Source: Candidatus Multivoradales bacterium (GTDB lineage Bacteria; Acidobacteriota; Thermoanaerobaculia; Multivoradales; JAHEKO01). Taken from it: a stretch of 64,000 nucleotides of DNA. Both the position numbers and the translations under genes were made by a program. The DNA lies in NCBI GenBank assembly GCA_965223855.1, contig CBDCXM010000009.1, forward strand, positions 1,888,001 to 1,952,000, read 5' to 3'. Shown piece by piece: positions 18,084 through 27,400 of this stretch (positions within the stretch are counted from its first letter, which is position 1; every line of letters begins with the position of its first letter). Under the pieces are notes generated by a model. The model saw only the letters and a list, made by a program, of their open reading frames with translations. It did no database searches and had not been told where the DNA came from.

Positions 18084-20297
18084 GTGACGCCGAAGGCTCT
18101 TGCACTGGTCGTCGGGGGCTTCGCAGCGACGCTGTGTGGGGGCTTCGGCTGCGGCTCCGGGGACGCGCCGCCCTCCGCATCCGACGCCGTGGACAGCTCC
18201 TCCGAGCTTGCGTCGCCGGCAGCTGCCGAGTCGAGCGAATCGGGCGGGATCGTGGCTGCGCCCTTGCCGAGCATCGAGGTCGAGAACCTGGTGCTGATCA
18301 CGATCGACACCCTGCGCGCGGACCGGCTCGGCTTCGCCGGCCACGAGACCGCATCGACGCCGTGGCTCGACCGGCTCGCGTCCGCCGGCTGGGTGTTCGA
18401 CTATGCGCATTCTCACGGTGTCATGACCTTGCCCACCCACACCTCCATACTGACCGGGCGCTTGCCCTACGAGCACGGGGTGAGGGACAACAGCGGCTTC
18501 GTGCTCTCCGCTGAGGTTCCGACGGCGGCGACGCTTCTCGGGGCCGCCGGGTTTTCAACAGCGGCAGTGGTCGGAGCCTTCCCGCTCGACCGGCGGTACG
18601 GTCTCGCCCGTGGCTTCGACCTCTACGACGACGCTTATCCCGAGGGCGGCGGGCCGGGAGCGGTCGATCCCCAGAGGCCCGGATCGGAGGTCGTCGGCCG
18701 GGGCCTCGAATGGTGGCGCGACAACGTCGGGAAGCGGCGTTACCTCTGGCTTCACCTCTACGACCCGCACGCGCCCTACACGCCGCCCGCTGACGCTGCC
18801 GCCCGCGCCGGGGGAGACGCCTACGACGGCGAGGTCACGGTCGTAGACGATGCGCTGGCGCCGCTTCTGAGTCTCTTTCTCGACGGGGAGGAGCCGTCGA
18901 CCCTCATCGTCGTGACGTCGGACCATGGTGAGGCGCTCGGCGAGCACGGCGAGGTCACACACGGCCTCTTCGCCTACGAACCGACCCTCAGAGTGCCGCT
19001 CGTCCTGTGGGCGCCCGGGCTCGGATCCGGCCGGTCGAGCCGTCAGGTGCGGCACGTCGATCTGCTGCCGACGATGCTCGAGGCGGCCGGGGTCGAGGCC
19101 TCCGGGGTGCAGGCCGCCGAGCTGGCGCCGGGCGCCGCGGCAGGCGCCGGCGAGCTGGCCGGGACCTCGCTCTTCGAGCCGCCCTCCTCGTCGACGGCCA
19201 CCTACTTCGAGGCAATCACGGCGAGTCTCGACCGTGGATGGGCGCCGCTGCGGGGCGTGGTGCGCGGCTCGCGCAAGTTCATCGAGCTGCCGATCACGGA
19301 GCTCTACGATCTGTCGAGCGATACCTCCGAGAAGGACAACCTCGCCCCGGAGCGCCCGGAGGAGGTGGCCGGCCTCAGGACGGTGCTCCCGCCGGCTTCG
19401 GCCTGGCCGCCGGAGCGCGGCTCGGTCTCGGCGGAAGAGGAGCGCAAGCTTCGGAGTCTCGGCTATCTCGGAGGCTCGGCGGCGCCGAAGAAGGACTACA
19501 CGGCCGACGACGACCCGAAGCGGCTCGTGCATCTCGACCGTCAGGTGCACACCGCCATCGACCGCTACCATCGCGGCCGCCTCGACGAGGCGGAGCGGCT
19601 GTTGCGCGGAGTGCTGGCGGAGCGCCCCGACATGGGTGTGGCGTCGTACTACCTGGCGCAGACGCTGCTGGAGGACGGCCGTCTGAACGAGGCGGTGGAG
19701 GTGATGTCTCGGGCTCAGCGCCGGGGCTCGGCGACCACCGCGCTGCGCCGCCAGCTCGGACTCTCCCTCGGCGCCCTCGGACGGTTCGACGAAGCGATCG
19801 ACGCCCTCGAGCCGTTGGCGGAGGCCGGGGAGACGGAAGCGATGCGGGCGCTCGGACAGGTGCTTTCGGATGCCGGGCGGCTGAGGGAGGCGGAGGCGAT
19901 CCTCAACCGCATCTTCGAGATCGACTCTCGCTCCCCCGAAGCTCACGAAACGCTCGCCCTGAACGCTCTGCGCGCCGGCGACTGGCCGACGGCCCAGCGG
20001 CAGGCACGGCTGGCGCTCGATCTCAACGACCGCCTCGACCAGTCCTGGAACTACCTGGGATCGGCGCGCTATCAGCTCGGGGATCGGCGCGGTGCGTTCG
20101 AGGCGTGGCGTCGTGCGGTGGAGCAGGGAATCGAGAATTTCGACGCGCTCTACAACCTCGCGATCGTCGCGCGCGAACTGGGGGAGAGTGACGCGGCCCG
20201 CTCCGCGCTGCGGCGCTTCCTCGCCGGTGCGCCCCGTGGGCAGTACGGCGAGGACCTCGCGACGGCGCGGCGGTGGCTCGACGAACTGGGCGGATGA
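18084..20297 (+). CDS. Sulfatase-fold lipoprotein with C-terminal TPRs
   Basis: GTG 18084 then signal ending in Cys; LVLITIDTLRAD, HSHGVMTLPTHTSILTG, WLHLYDPH, TSDHGEALGEHGE, LRSLGYL, TPRs. The track start at 17340 is over-extended. Confidence 0.85.
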   Translation: MTPKALALVVGGFAATLCGGFGCGSGDAPPSASDAVDSSSELASPAAAESSESGGIVAAPLPSIEVENLVLITIDTLRADRLGFAGHETASTPWLDRLASAGWVFDYAHSHGVMTLPTHTSILTGRLPYEHGVRDNSGFVLSAEVPTAATLLGAAGFSTAAVVGAFPLDRRYGLARGFDLYDDAYPEGGGPGAVDPQRPGSEVVGRGLEWWRDNVGKRRYLWLHLYDPHAPYTPPADAAARAGGDAYDGEVTVVDDALAPLLSLFLDGEEPSTLIVVTSDHGEALGEHGEVTHGLFAYEPTLRVPLVLWAPGLGSGRSSRQVRHVDLLPTMLEAAGVEASGVQAAELAPGAAAGAGELAGTSLFEPPSSSTATYFEAITASLDRGWAPLRGVVRGSRKFIELPITELYDLSSDTSEKDNLAPERPEEVAGLRTVLPPASAWPPERGSVSAEEERKLRSLGYLGGSAAPKKDYTADDDPKRLVHLDRQVHTAIDRYHRGRLDEAERLLRGVLAERPDMGVASYYLAQTLLEDGRLNEAVEVMSRAQRRGSATTALRRQLGLSLGALGRFDEAIDALEPLAEAGETEAMRALGQVLSDAGRLREAEAILNRIFEIDSRSPEAHETLALNALRAGDWPTAQRQARLALDLNDRLDQSWNYLGSARYQLGDRRGAFEAWRRAVEQGIENFDALYNLAIVARELGESDAARSALRRFLAGAPRGQYGEDLATARRWLDELGG

Positions 20298-21949
20298 GTC
20301 GAACGACGGCGATCGTGCGACTGGCCGCGCTCATGCTGGCCGTCGCCTGTGTCGCGGCGGGCGGCGCTGTCGAAGGCGCCGCAGCGTCGTCACGGCTCGG
20401 GGACGAGTTCGATGGCTGGATCGAGCAACGCCGCCGAGTCGCCGAAGCCCTCGCAGCCGGAGGGTCGCTCGCGCCTGAGCGGCTGGCGGCGATGTACGGG
20501 GCGTTGGCTCGCACCTACCTGCTACGGGCGGATCTTGCCGCGGCACGAGCGCACTTCGACAGGGCCGCCGACCTCGCGCCGGGGGACTTCCGCTGGGCTC
20601 ACTACCTCGGCGTCGTGGCGGCCCGGATGGAGGATCGCGCCGCCGCCGTGAGGCGCTTCACGAGCTCTTCAGAACTCGCCCCGTGGTTCGAACCGTCTCG
20701 GGAGTGGCTGTCGAGGCTCGAAGGCGATGGGGTGGTCGATGCGCCGACGCATGCGACCTCCGACCCTCTCATCGACGGGTTGGCCGCCTTCGGGCGGCGA
20801 CTGCGGGTCGAGTTCGCGCAGGACAAGCTGGAAACAGGTGACGTCGACGGGGCGCTCGCGGAGCTCGAGACGGTGTTGACCTTCGATCCCGGAGACTCGA
20901 GGGCGCGCTACCAGCTCGCGGTGGCGCAGTTTCGCGCCGGCAGAGCCGCGGAAGCCCTCGCCAACGTCCGACGGGTGGTGGAGGAGGAGCCCGACTTCGG
21001 CGAGGCGCACTTCAGCCTCGCGTCGGTGCTCGCGGCTCGCGGCGAGCGCGACGAAGCGCTCCTTCACTTTCGCCACGCTTTCGCCGCGGACCGGGGCAAC
21101 TCCGCGGTCCACGAGCGTCTGGCGAGCGAGCTCGCTGCCAGAGGCGAGGTCGAAGAGTCCGTGGCGCTTTACTCGACCCTCGTCGCCCGCGAGCCGCATC
21201 GGGTGGGCGCGGTGCGCGACTACGCGAGCCTCCTTGCAGGCGCGGGCCGGGCGGAAGAGGCGGTCCGCCAGCTCCGGCGTTCGGTCGAGGCCGTTTCGGC
21301 GGCGGAGGCTCGAGCGGTCCTGCTGCTCGACGCCGGACGGATCGGCGATGCGGCGGGACACGGCGATGCGGCGATCGCGGACCTCGAGCAGGTCGTCGCC
21401 CTCGTCCCTCGGCAGGCGACGGGTCATGCCGAGCTGGCGGCCGCGCTGGCCCGATCCGGTCGCTTCGACGAAGCCGCCGAGAGCTACGGCCGGTGGATCG
21501 AGATCGAGCCGGAGAGCGTCACGCCGTGGTTCTCGAGGGCGCTGGCTCTGCTGCTGGCCGGCCGGGACGCTCCGGCTCGCGAGACCCTGGAGGCGGCGCT
21601 CGACCGACTGCCCGGGGAGACATCGCTGACTCACCTGCTGGCGCGATTGCTGGCCACGAGCGAGGACGCGGCGGTACGCGACGGCGCCAGAGCGCTGATT
21701 CTCGCGCGATCGGTTCTCGCCGGCGCATCCTCGCCCGAGCATGCCGAGACGGTCGCCATGGCGCTCGCCGAGACCGGGAGCTTCGACGAAGCGGTTCGGT
21801 GGCAGGAGCGGATCGTCGAGACCCTCGGCGGGGCGGAAAGCCCTGCCGCGAGTGCGGCCGCCGGACGGCTGGAGCTCTACCGGCGCGGCGAGGCTGCCCG
21901 ATCGCCCTGGGCGCCGCCGGCAACCTCCACCGGCGCTGCCGGACGGTAG
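20294..21949 (+). CDS. Exported TPR protein (paralogous to 14284-16245)
   Basis: ATGA overlap with the upstream stop; signal peptide; TPRs; shared C-terminal LARLLATSxD..VRDG..A...SPW module. Confidence 0.8.
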   Translation: MSRTTAIVRLAALMLAVACVAAGGAVEGAAASSRLGDEFDGWIEQRRRVAEALAAGGSLAPERLAAMYGALARTYLLRADLAAARAHFDRAADLAPGDFRWAHYLGVVAARMEDRAAAVRRFTSSSELAPWFEPSREWLSRLEGDGVVDAPTHATSDPLIDGLAAFGRRLRVEFAQDKLETGDVDGALAELETVLTFDPGDSRARYQLAVAQFRAGRAAEALANVRRVVEEEPDFGEAHFSLASVLAARGERDEALLHFRHAFAADRGNSAVHERLASELAARGEVEESVALYSTLVAREPHRVGAVRDYASLLAGAGRAEEAVRQLRRSVEAVSAAEARAVLLLDAGRIGDAAGHGDAAIADLEQVVALVPRQATGHAELAAALARSGRFDEAAESYGRWIEIEPESVTPWFSRALALLLAGRDAPARETLEAALDRLPGETSLTHLLARLLATSEDAAVRDGARALILARSVLAGASSPEHAETVAMALAETGSFDEAVRWQERIVETLGGAESPAASAAAGRLELYRRGEAARSPWAPPATSTGAAGR

Positions 21950-23115
21950 CCGACGCCGCCGTACCCCTCGGCTCGCGGCACCCACGCATCATCGAAGTCC
22001 GGCGCCAAAGGCTGGAAGCGGTTGAGTGTTTCCGAGACGGTCCCGCGGAGGTCGGGCGTCGCACCCCCGAGCACGCAGCCGGTGACGGTAGCGGAGGGCG
22101 GCACGTCCAGTTCGTAGCGGCTTCCCGGCGCGCTCCCGCCCGCGAGCGTGTTGTCCCAGAAGATGCTCTCCTCGAAGACGCTGCCGTTCCCCCGGTCGTC
22201 GACGCCGTTCCAGTTGCCGGTGAAGGTCGATCGACGGACCTCGACCCGCGAACCCTCGAAGACGGTGAGCGCCCCCGAGCCGTGTTCGCGGTTGTAGACC
22301 GAGGTGAAGTCGGGCCGCGGTCCGTCGATCAGCGGGACGGGGGCGACGTTCGAGATGTTGCCGACGAACAGGCAGTTCTCGAACACCGCGGCACTGCCGT
22401 GGAGCAGATCGACCGCCGAGCCGGTCAGCCTCGCCCGGTTGCCCTGAAAGATCACGTTGCGGAAGGTCGCCGCCTGCTCGTCGAAGCCCCGATGCTCGAC
22501 GGAGACGCCCGCTCCGCACGGGCTGGCGAAGTTGTCGCGGATCACCACGTTCTCGACGGTCGGGTACGAGCGTCCGAAGATCTTGATCGCGCCGCCGTCG
22601 GAATGGATGTAGAGGTGGTGCGAGAGTTCGGGGATCGAGTCGATCGCGGGGTCGAAATCGGTCGGCTGGTCGCCTGCGTCGGCGTGGTAGTTGTTGGCCC
22701 CGGTCAGGGTGACCCCTCGAAGCACGGTACGCGGCGAAATGCCGTCACCGAAATAGACGACGTGATTCACCACCGCCGGGAAGCTGGCGGCGAACGGGTC
22801 GGCGATTCGCGGATTGGCGGCGGTCAGCACGGCCTCTCCCTCACCCTCGAGCACCAGCCCGTCATGCCGGGCGACGAAGGTCACGAGCGCCTGACCGGGT
22901 TCGGCCGGCCGGTGGACGCCCGCCTCGAGCACGACCCGGTCGATGTCCGGGTCGGCGGCCGCCGCGTCGAGAGCCGCCTGAATCGACTCGCCCGGCCGCA
23001 CCCTCAGAGGGGAAGAAGCGGCGCCGGGCGCCGAAGCGGCAAGGAGGGCGATCGGCAGCCAGAAGCTGACCGCCTTCCTGGAGGGCGCGCGCCCTCGGAA
23101 CCTCGGGATTGACAC
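21877..23115 (-). CDS. Exported right-handed parallel beta-helix (pectin lyase-like fold) protein
   Basis: Signal peptide, PGESIQAALDAA, GGAI/GAGV/GSAV plus FxGN repeats; start position uncertain. Confidence 0.7.
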   Translation of the reverse strand: MSIPRFRGRAPSRKAVSFWLPIALLAASAPGAASSPLRVRPGESIQAALDAAAADPDIDRVVLEAGVHRPAEPGQALVTFVARHDGLVLEGEGEAVLTAANPRIADPFAASFPAVVNHVVYFGDGISPRTVLRGVTLTGANNYHADAGDQPTDFDPAIDSIPELSHHLYIHSDGGAIKIFGRSYPTVENVVIRDNFASPCGAGVSVEHRGFDEQAATFRNVIFQGNRARLTGSAVDLLHGSAAVFENCLFVGNISNVAPVPLIDGPRPDFTSVYNREHGSGALTVFEGSRVEVRRSTFTGNWNGVDDRGNGSVFEESIFWDNTLAGGSAPGSRYELDVPPSATVTGCVLGGATPDLRGTVSETLNRFQPLAPDFDDAWVPRAEGYGGVGYRPAAPVEVAGGAQGDRAASPRR

Positions 23116-23138
23116 TCTTTCTCGCCCCTTGCTAACGT
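23109..23138 (+). promoter_or_regulatory. sigma70-type promoter for tRNA-Val/thrS
   Basis: TTGACA-18 bp-TAACGT with TG of an extended -10. Confidence 0.55.
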
Positions 23139-23182
23139 CTGCGCCCCGGCGGTGCCGGAAGGCTTTGCCGGAGCCATTCTAA

Positions 23183-23259
23183 AGGCCCGTAGCTCAGATG
23201 GTTAGAGCGCTACGTTGACATCGTAGAGGTCAGCGGTTCAAGTCCGCTCGGGCCTACCA
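23183..23259 (+). tRNA. tRNA-Val(GAC)
   Basis: Acceptor AGGCCCG/CGGGCCT, anticodon arm CTACG-TTGACAT-CGTAG, GGTTCAAGTCC T arm, encoded CCA. Confidence 0.97.
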
Positions 23260-23377
23260 GGCTCTCCCCGAGAGCCCCCAGAGACAGAAGCAGACGACGA
23301 CGAGCGAGCCCCAGGATGGAAGCATGGACTACCCACGCCGGCTCCGCGTCCGCCGAGAGTCCGTCTGCAGCAACAGC

Positions 23378-23454
23378 AGGCGCTTAGCTCAGCTGGTTAG
23401 AGCGCTACCTTCACACGGTAGAGGTCAGCGGTTCGAGTCCGCTAGCGCCTACCA
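23378..23454 (+). tRNA. tRNA-Val(CAC)
   Basis: Acceptor AGGCGCT/AGCGCCT, anticodon arm CTACC-TTCACAC-GGTAG, GGTTCGAGTCC T arm, encoded CCA. Confidence 0.97.
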
Positions 23455-23478
23455 AACTCCGCTCTCCGGAGGTTGGAC

Positions 23479-25398
23479 ATGATCGAACTGACCCTTCCCG
23501 ACGGGTCGGTGCGCGAGGTCGCGCCCGGCCAGACACCCCTCGACGTCGCGACCGCTATCGGCCCCGGCCTGGCGAAGGCGGCGATCGGCGCCGAACTCAA
23601 CGGTGTGCCCGTCGACCTGCGTCAGCCGCTTGTCGAAGGAGGCGCCTTCCGCATCTTCACCAACCGCAATCCGGAGGCGGGCGACTTCCTCCGCCACAGT
23701 GCCGAACACGTGATGGCCGATGCGGTGAAGCGACTGTGGCCGGAGGTCGAGATCGACGCCGGGCGGCAGGACCACTCCGAGAAGTTTCAGTACGACTTCC
23801 GCTTCCCGCGGGCGTTCACCCCCGAAGACCTCGAGGCGATCGAGGAGAAGATGCGCGAGATCCTCGCCGAAGACAGCGCCTTCGAGCGCATCGAGGTGAC
23901 CCGCGACGAGGCGCGCGAGACCTTCCGTGAGATGGGGGAGACGCTCAAGCTCGAGCGCCTCGAGGACATTCCGGAAGGCGAGGCGATCACCCTCTACCGG
24001 CACGGCGACTTCGTCGACCTGTGCCGCGGGCCGCATGCGCAACGGGCGTCCCAGATCGGCGCCGTCAAGCTGCTGGAGGCGTCCGGGGTCTACTGGAAGG
24101 GCGACGAGTCGAACGAGCGCCTGCAGCGGATCTACGGCACCGCCTTCGCCTCCGAAAAGGAGATGAAGGCGTGGGAAGAGCAGCTCGAACAGGCCAACGC
24201 GCGCGACCACCGGCGCCTCGGCCCTGAGCTCGATCTCTTCAGCTTCAGCGATCTGGCGCCGGCGAACCCGTTCTTCCACCCCAAAGGGGCGGTGGTCTAC
24301 AACGAACTGATGGACTTCGTCCGTGAGGTGCAGGAGGAGAACGGTTTCGAAGAGGTGATCACGCCGCAGATCCTCGACGTCGATCTGTGGCACACGTCGG
24401 GCCACTACGCGAACTACAAGGAGAACATGTTCTTCACCGAGCTCGACGAGCGGGAGTTCGCCGTCAAGCCGATGAACTGCCCGACGCACTGCCTGATCTA
24501 TTCGACCGGGCTGCGCTCGTACCGCGACCTGCCGATCCGCTACGCCGACTTCGGGCGGCTGCACCGCTACGAGCGAAGCGGTGTCACCTCGGGCCTCACC
24601 CGGGTGCGCTCCTTCTGCCAGGACGACGCGCACGTCTTCTGCACCCCCGAGCAGGTCGAGGAGGAGGTGCTCACGATGGCGTCGATGATCCGCCGGATCT
24701 ACGACACCTTCGGCTTCGAGGAGCTGCTGATCGAGCTCTCGACCCGGCCGGAGAAACGGCTCGGCTCCGAGGAGCTGTGGGACCGCGCTGAGGCGGCGCT
24801 GGCGGCGGCTCTCGACAGCCAGGGGATCGACTACGAGGTCAACGCCGGCGACGGTGCCTTCTACGGCCCCAAGATCGATTTCCAGGTCAAGGACGCGATC
24901 GGACGCTCCTGGCAGCTCGGCACGATCCAGCTCGACTACCAGCTGCCGGAGCGCTTCGAACTCGAGTACATCGGCGACGACGGCGCCGAGCACCGCCCGG
25001 TGATGATCCATCGCGCCATGCTCGGCTCACTCGAGCGCTTCATGGGGATCCTGATCGAGCACACCGGCGGCGCGTTCCCGGTGTGGCTGGCGCCGGTGCA
25101 GGCGCGGGTGATTCCGGTGTCGGAGAAGCAGGCCGGCTACGCCGACAAGGTGCGGCAGGAACTCGCCGCCTCGGGGGCGCGGGTCGAGGCCGATCTGCGC
25201 AACGAGAAGCTCGGCTACAAGATCCGCGAGGCGCAGGTGAACAAGGTGCCGTACATGATCGTCGTCGGCGGGCGCGAAGAGGAGGCGGGCCAGGTGGCGC
25301 CGCGCCTGCGCACCGGCGAGGATCTGGGCGCGATGGCGGTCGACGATTTCCTGGACCGCCTCCGCGATCGCACCGCCACAAGGTCCCTGGAGCTCTAG
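23479..25398 (+). CDS. thrS: Threonine--tRNA ligase
   Basis: TGS domain, LRHSAEH, DLCRGPH, RDHRRLG, KPMNCP, GAFYGPKID, MIHRA; GGAGG 6 nt before ATG 23479. Confidence 0.98.
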   Translation: MIELTLPDGSVREVAPGQTPLDVATAIGPGLAKAAIGAELNGVPVDLRQPLVEGGAFRIFTNRNPEAGDFLRHSAEHVMADAVKRLWPEVEIDAGRQDHSEKFQYDFRFPRAFTPEDLEAIEEKMREILAEDSAFERIEVTRDEARETFREMGETLKLERLEDIPEGEAITLYRHGDFVDLCRGPHAQRASQIGAVKLLEASGVYWKGDESNERLQRIYGTAFASEKEMKAWEEQLEQANARDHRRLGPELDLFSFSDLAPANPFFHPKGAVVYNELMDFVREVQEENGFEEVITPQILDVDLWHTSGHYANYKENMFFTELDEREFAVKPMNCPTHCLIYSTGLRSYRDLPIRYADFGRLHRYERSGVTSGLTRVRSFCQDDAHVFCTPEQVEEEVLTMASMIRRIYDTFGFEELLIELSTRPEKRLGSEELWDRAEAALAAALDSQGIDYEVNAGDGAFYGPKIDFQVKDAIGRSWQLGTIQLDYQLPERFELEYIGDDGAEHRPVMIHRAMLGSLERFMGILIEHTGGAFPVWLAPVQARVIPVSEKQAGYADKVRQELAASGARVEADLRNEKLGYKIREAQVNKVPYMIVVGGREEEAGQVAPRLRTGEDLGAMAVDDFLDRLRDRTATRSLEL

Positions 25399-25403
25399 TC
25401 GAA

Positions 25404-26105
25404 GTGGACCCGAACCAGCTCATCGACGGCCTCGTCTTCTACGTCGTCTTCCTGTTCTCGGTCACTCTCCACGAGGCGGCTCACGCCTGGGCCGCCAAGC
25501 GGGGCGGCGACCTGACGGCCTATCTCGGCGGCCAGGTGAGTCTCGACCCGATGCCGCACATCCGGCGCGAGCCGTTCGGCATGGTGCTGCTGCCGCTCCT
25601 GTCGGTGTTCCTGATCGGCTGGCCGTTCGGCTTCGCCAGCGCCCCCTACGATCGCAACTGGGCGGTGCGCTACCCGAACCGCGCCGCCTGGATGGCGCTC
25701 GCCGGCCCCGGAGCCAACCTCTTGCTGGTCGCCGTCGCCGCGATCCTGATCTTCGTCGGCACCCTCGCCGGCCTCTTCGGCCCGCCGGAGGCGGTCAGCT
25801 TCAGCCGCGTCGCCGTCGCCGAAGGGGCGCTCTCGCCCCTGGCCTTCTTCTTCAGCGCCCTGCTGTCGATGAACCTGCTGCTGGCGATCCTCAACCTCGT
25901 CCCGGTACCGCCGCTCGACGGCAGCGCCGCCCTGACGTTGTTGATGCCCTCCAGCGTGGTGCCGAAATACCAGCAGTTCCTGTGGACCAACCCGATCCTC
26001 GGCTGGGTCGGGATTCTCGTCGCCTGGCGGGCACTTGACTACGTCTTCCAGCCGGTCTGGCTGGCGCTCGTGAACCTGATCTATCCCGGCGTCTCCTACG
26101 GCTAG
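25404..26105 (+). CDS. Site-2 protease (peptidase M50) family membrane protein
   Basis: HEAAH zinc motif, LAGPGAN, NLVPVPPLDG, hydrophobic helices; GTG 5 bp after the thrS stop. Confidence 0.92.
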   Translation: MDPNQLIDGLVFYVVFLFSVTLHEAAHAWAAKRGGDLTAYLGGQVSLDPMPHIRREPFGMVLLPLLSVFLIGWPFGFASAPYDRNWAVRYPNRAAWMALAGPGANLLLVAVAAILIFVGTLAGLFGPPEAVSFSRVAVAEGALSPLAFFFSALLSMNLLLAILNLVPVPPLDGSAALTLLMPSSVVPKYQQFLWTNPILGWVGILVAWRALDYVFQPVWLALVNLIYPGVSYG

Positions 26106-26119
26106 ACCTCGGAACAGCC

Positions 26120-26584
26120 CGGTAGTGCCCGGCCCTCCTCCCGCGCTCGGGCTGTTGTCCCCGAGGGGGACGTCGCGCGTACTCGGTTGGACGACCGGCA
26201 GCGCGCGCTCTCTCACCTTCGGGCGACGACCTGCTCGAGAAACACGGAGTGCTTTCGGCCCTCGGCATCGCCGGCCGCAGGTCGGCGCGGGAACACAGCC
26301 CCTGGGCTGGCTTGGCCAGCCCCCTCGGCCGACAACACCCCGAACGCGGGAGAGAGCGCCTATCGTTGTCGCAGTAGCGAGACGACGGGGGTCTCGTGGC
26401 AGAGCTTGTGGCTAGGCGCCCGGGAGGCGGAATGCCCTTGCAGGGGGGCTCTCGCCGAGGCCCGAAGGCATCTCACTAGCCTGCAGCGGCTGTCGGCCGA
26501 CGGCGAGAGAGCGCGCGCTGCCGGTCGTCCAACCGAGTACGCGCGACGTCCCCCCTGCGGGGGCATTTCGCCTCCCGAGGCGCC
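26120..26584. repeat. Inverted pair of structured repeat modules with an identical 50-bp core
   Basis: 26165-26214 is the exact reverse complement of 26505-26554; each copy lies inside its own long outer stem. Confidence 0.85.
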
Positions 26585-26628
26585 GGCGGAAGCACCCCGA
26601 TCTCTCAGCGACGGTCCACACAGGGGGG

Positions 26629-26657
26629 TTGTCTGGCTTCCCACACCCCCCTATAAT
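26629..26657 (+). promoter_or_regulatory. sigma70 promoter for rpmI-rplT-pheST
   Basis: TTGTCT-17 bp-TATAAT, 26 bp upstream of the rpmI GTG; RBS AAGGAG. Confidence 0.75.
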
Positions 26658-26683
26658 CAGCGGCCGTTTGGAAGGAGTACGCC

Positions 26684-26878
26684 GTGCCGAAGATCAAATC
26701 CCATCGTGGCGCCAGCAAGCGCTTCAAGACCACCGGAACCGGCAAGGTCCGGCGCCATCACGCGGGACATTCCCACATCCTCACCAAGAAGACCCAGAAG
26801 CGGAAGCGCAAGCTGCGTTCGAGCACGCTCGTCAAGGGCAAGTTTGCCCATGACATCAAAGAGCGCATCAGCGACTGA
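26684..26878 (+). CDS. rpmI: 50S ribosomal protein L35
   Basis: [22 protein letters not shown]...[17 protein letters not shown]. Confidence 0.98.
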   Translation: MPKIKSHRGASKRFKTTGTGKVRRHHAGHSHILTKKTQKRKRKLRSSTLVKGKFAHDIKERISD

Positions 26879-26992
26879 CGCTTCGGTAGCTGTACGAACC
26901 GACGGCGGAACGAACCTGTCCGTCGCGGTCGCCATCGGCTTCGCCCTGAAGCCTGAACCGCCCACCCCGGGCGAGATGAAACGAGGTTCACG

Positions 26993-27397
26993 ATGAGAGT
27001 CAAGCGCGGAAACAAGCGCACGAACAAGCGCAAGAAGGTCCTGAAGCTAGCCAAGGGCTACTACGGACGGAAGTCGAAGGCCTACAGGGTCGCCAAGGAG
27101 GCGGTCGATCGGGCGGGGCAGTTCGCCTATCGCGACCGCCGCAACAAGAAGCGGTCGTTCCGGCGGCTGTGGATCGTGCGCATCAACGCCGCGGCGCGCC
27201 TCAACGGCATTTCCTACAACCGCCTGATCGAGGGACTCAGGAAGGCGGGCGTCGAGGTCAACCGCAAGATGCTCGCCGATCTCGCGGTGCGCGACCCGCA
27301 GGGCTTTACGCAGTTGGCCGAGATCGCCAAGAAAGAGGTGAGCTCGACGGCGAGCTCCCCGGCGATCGCGGCGGACGCGAGCTCCGAGGAGGAGTAG
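26993..27397 (+). CDS. rplT: 50S ribosomal protein L20
   Basis: MRVKRG...LAKGYYG...[25 protein letters not shown]...[10 protein letters not shown]; short acidic C-terminal extension. Confidence 0.98.
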   Translation: MRVKRGNKRTNKRKKVLKLAKGYYGRKSKAYRVAKEAVDRAGQFAYRDRRNKKRSFRRLWIVRINAAARLNGISYNRLIEGLRKAGVEVNRKMLADLAVRDPQGFTQLAEIAKKEVSSTASSPAIAADASSEEE

Positions 27398-27400
27398 CCG

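Noticed and set aside
21877-21949. 73-bp overlap of convergent genes
   Set aside because: Low-complexity C-terminal tails; common in high-GC genomes and may also reflect an indel
23183-23454. tRNA-targeted integrative element
   Set aside because: No integrase and no duplicated tRNA 3' end elsewhere in the window
26104-26683. CRISPR array or protein-coding ORFs (25891-26268, 26187-26996)
   Set aside because: Only two inverted copies, no repeat-spacer periodicity, no cas genes; the repeated peptide in those ORFs just reflects the DNA inverted repeat
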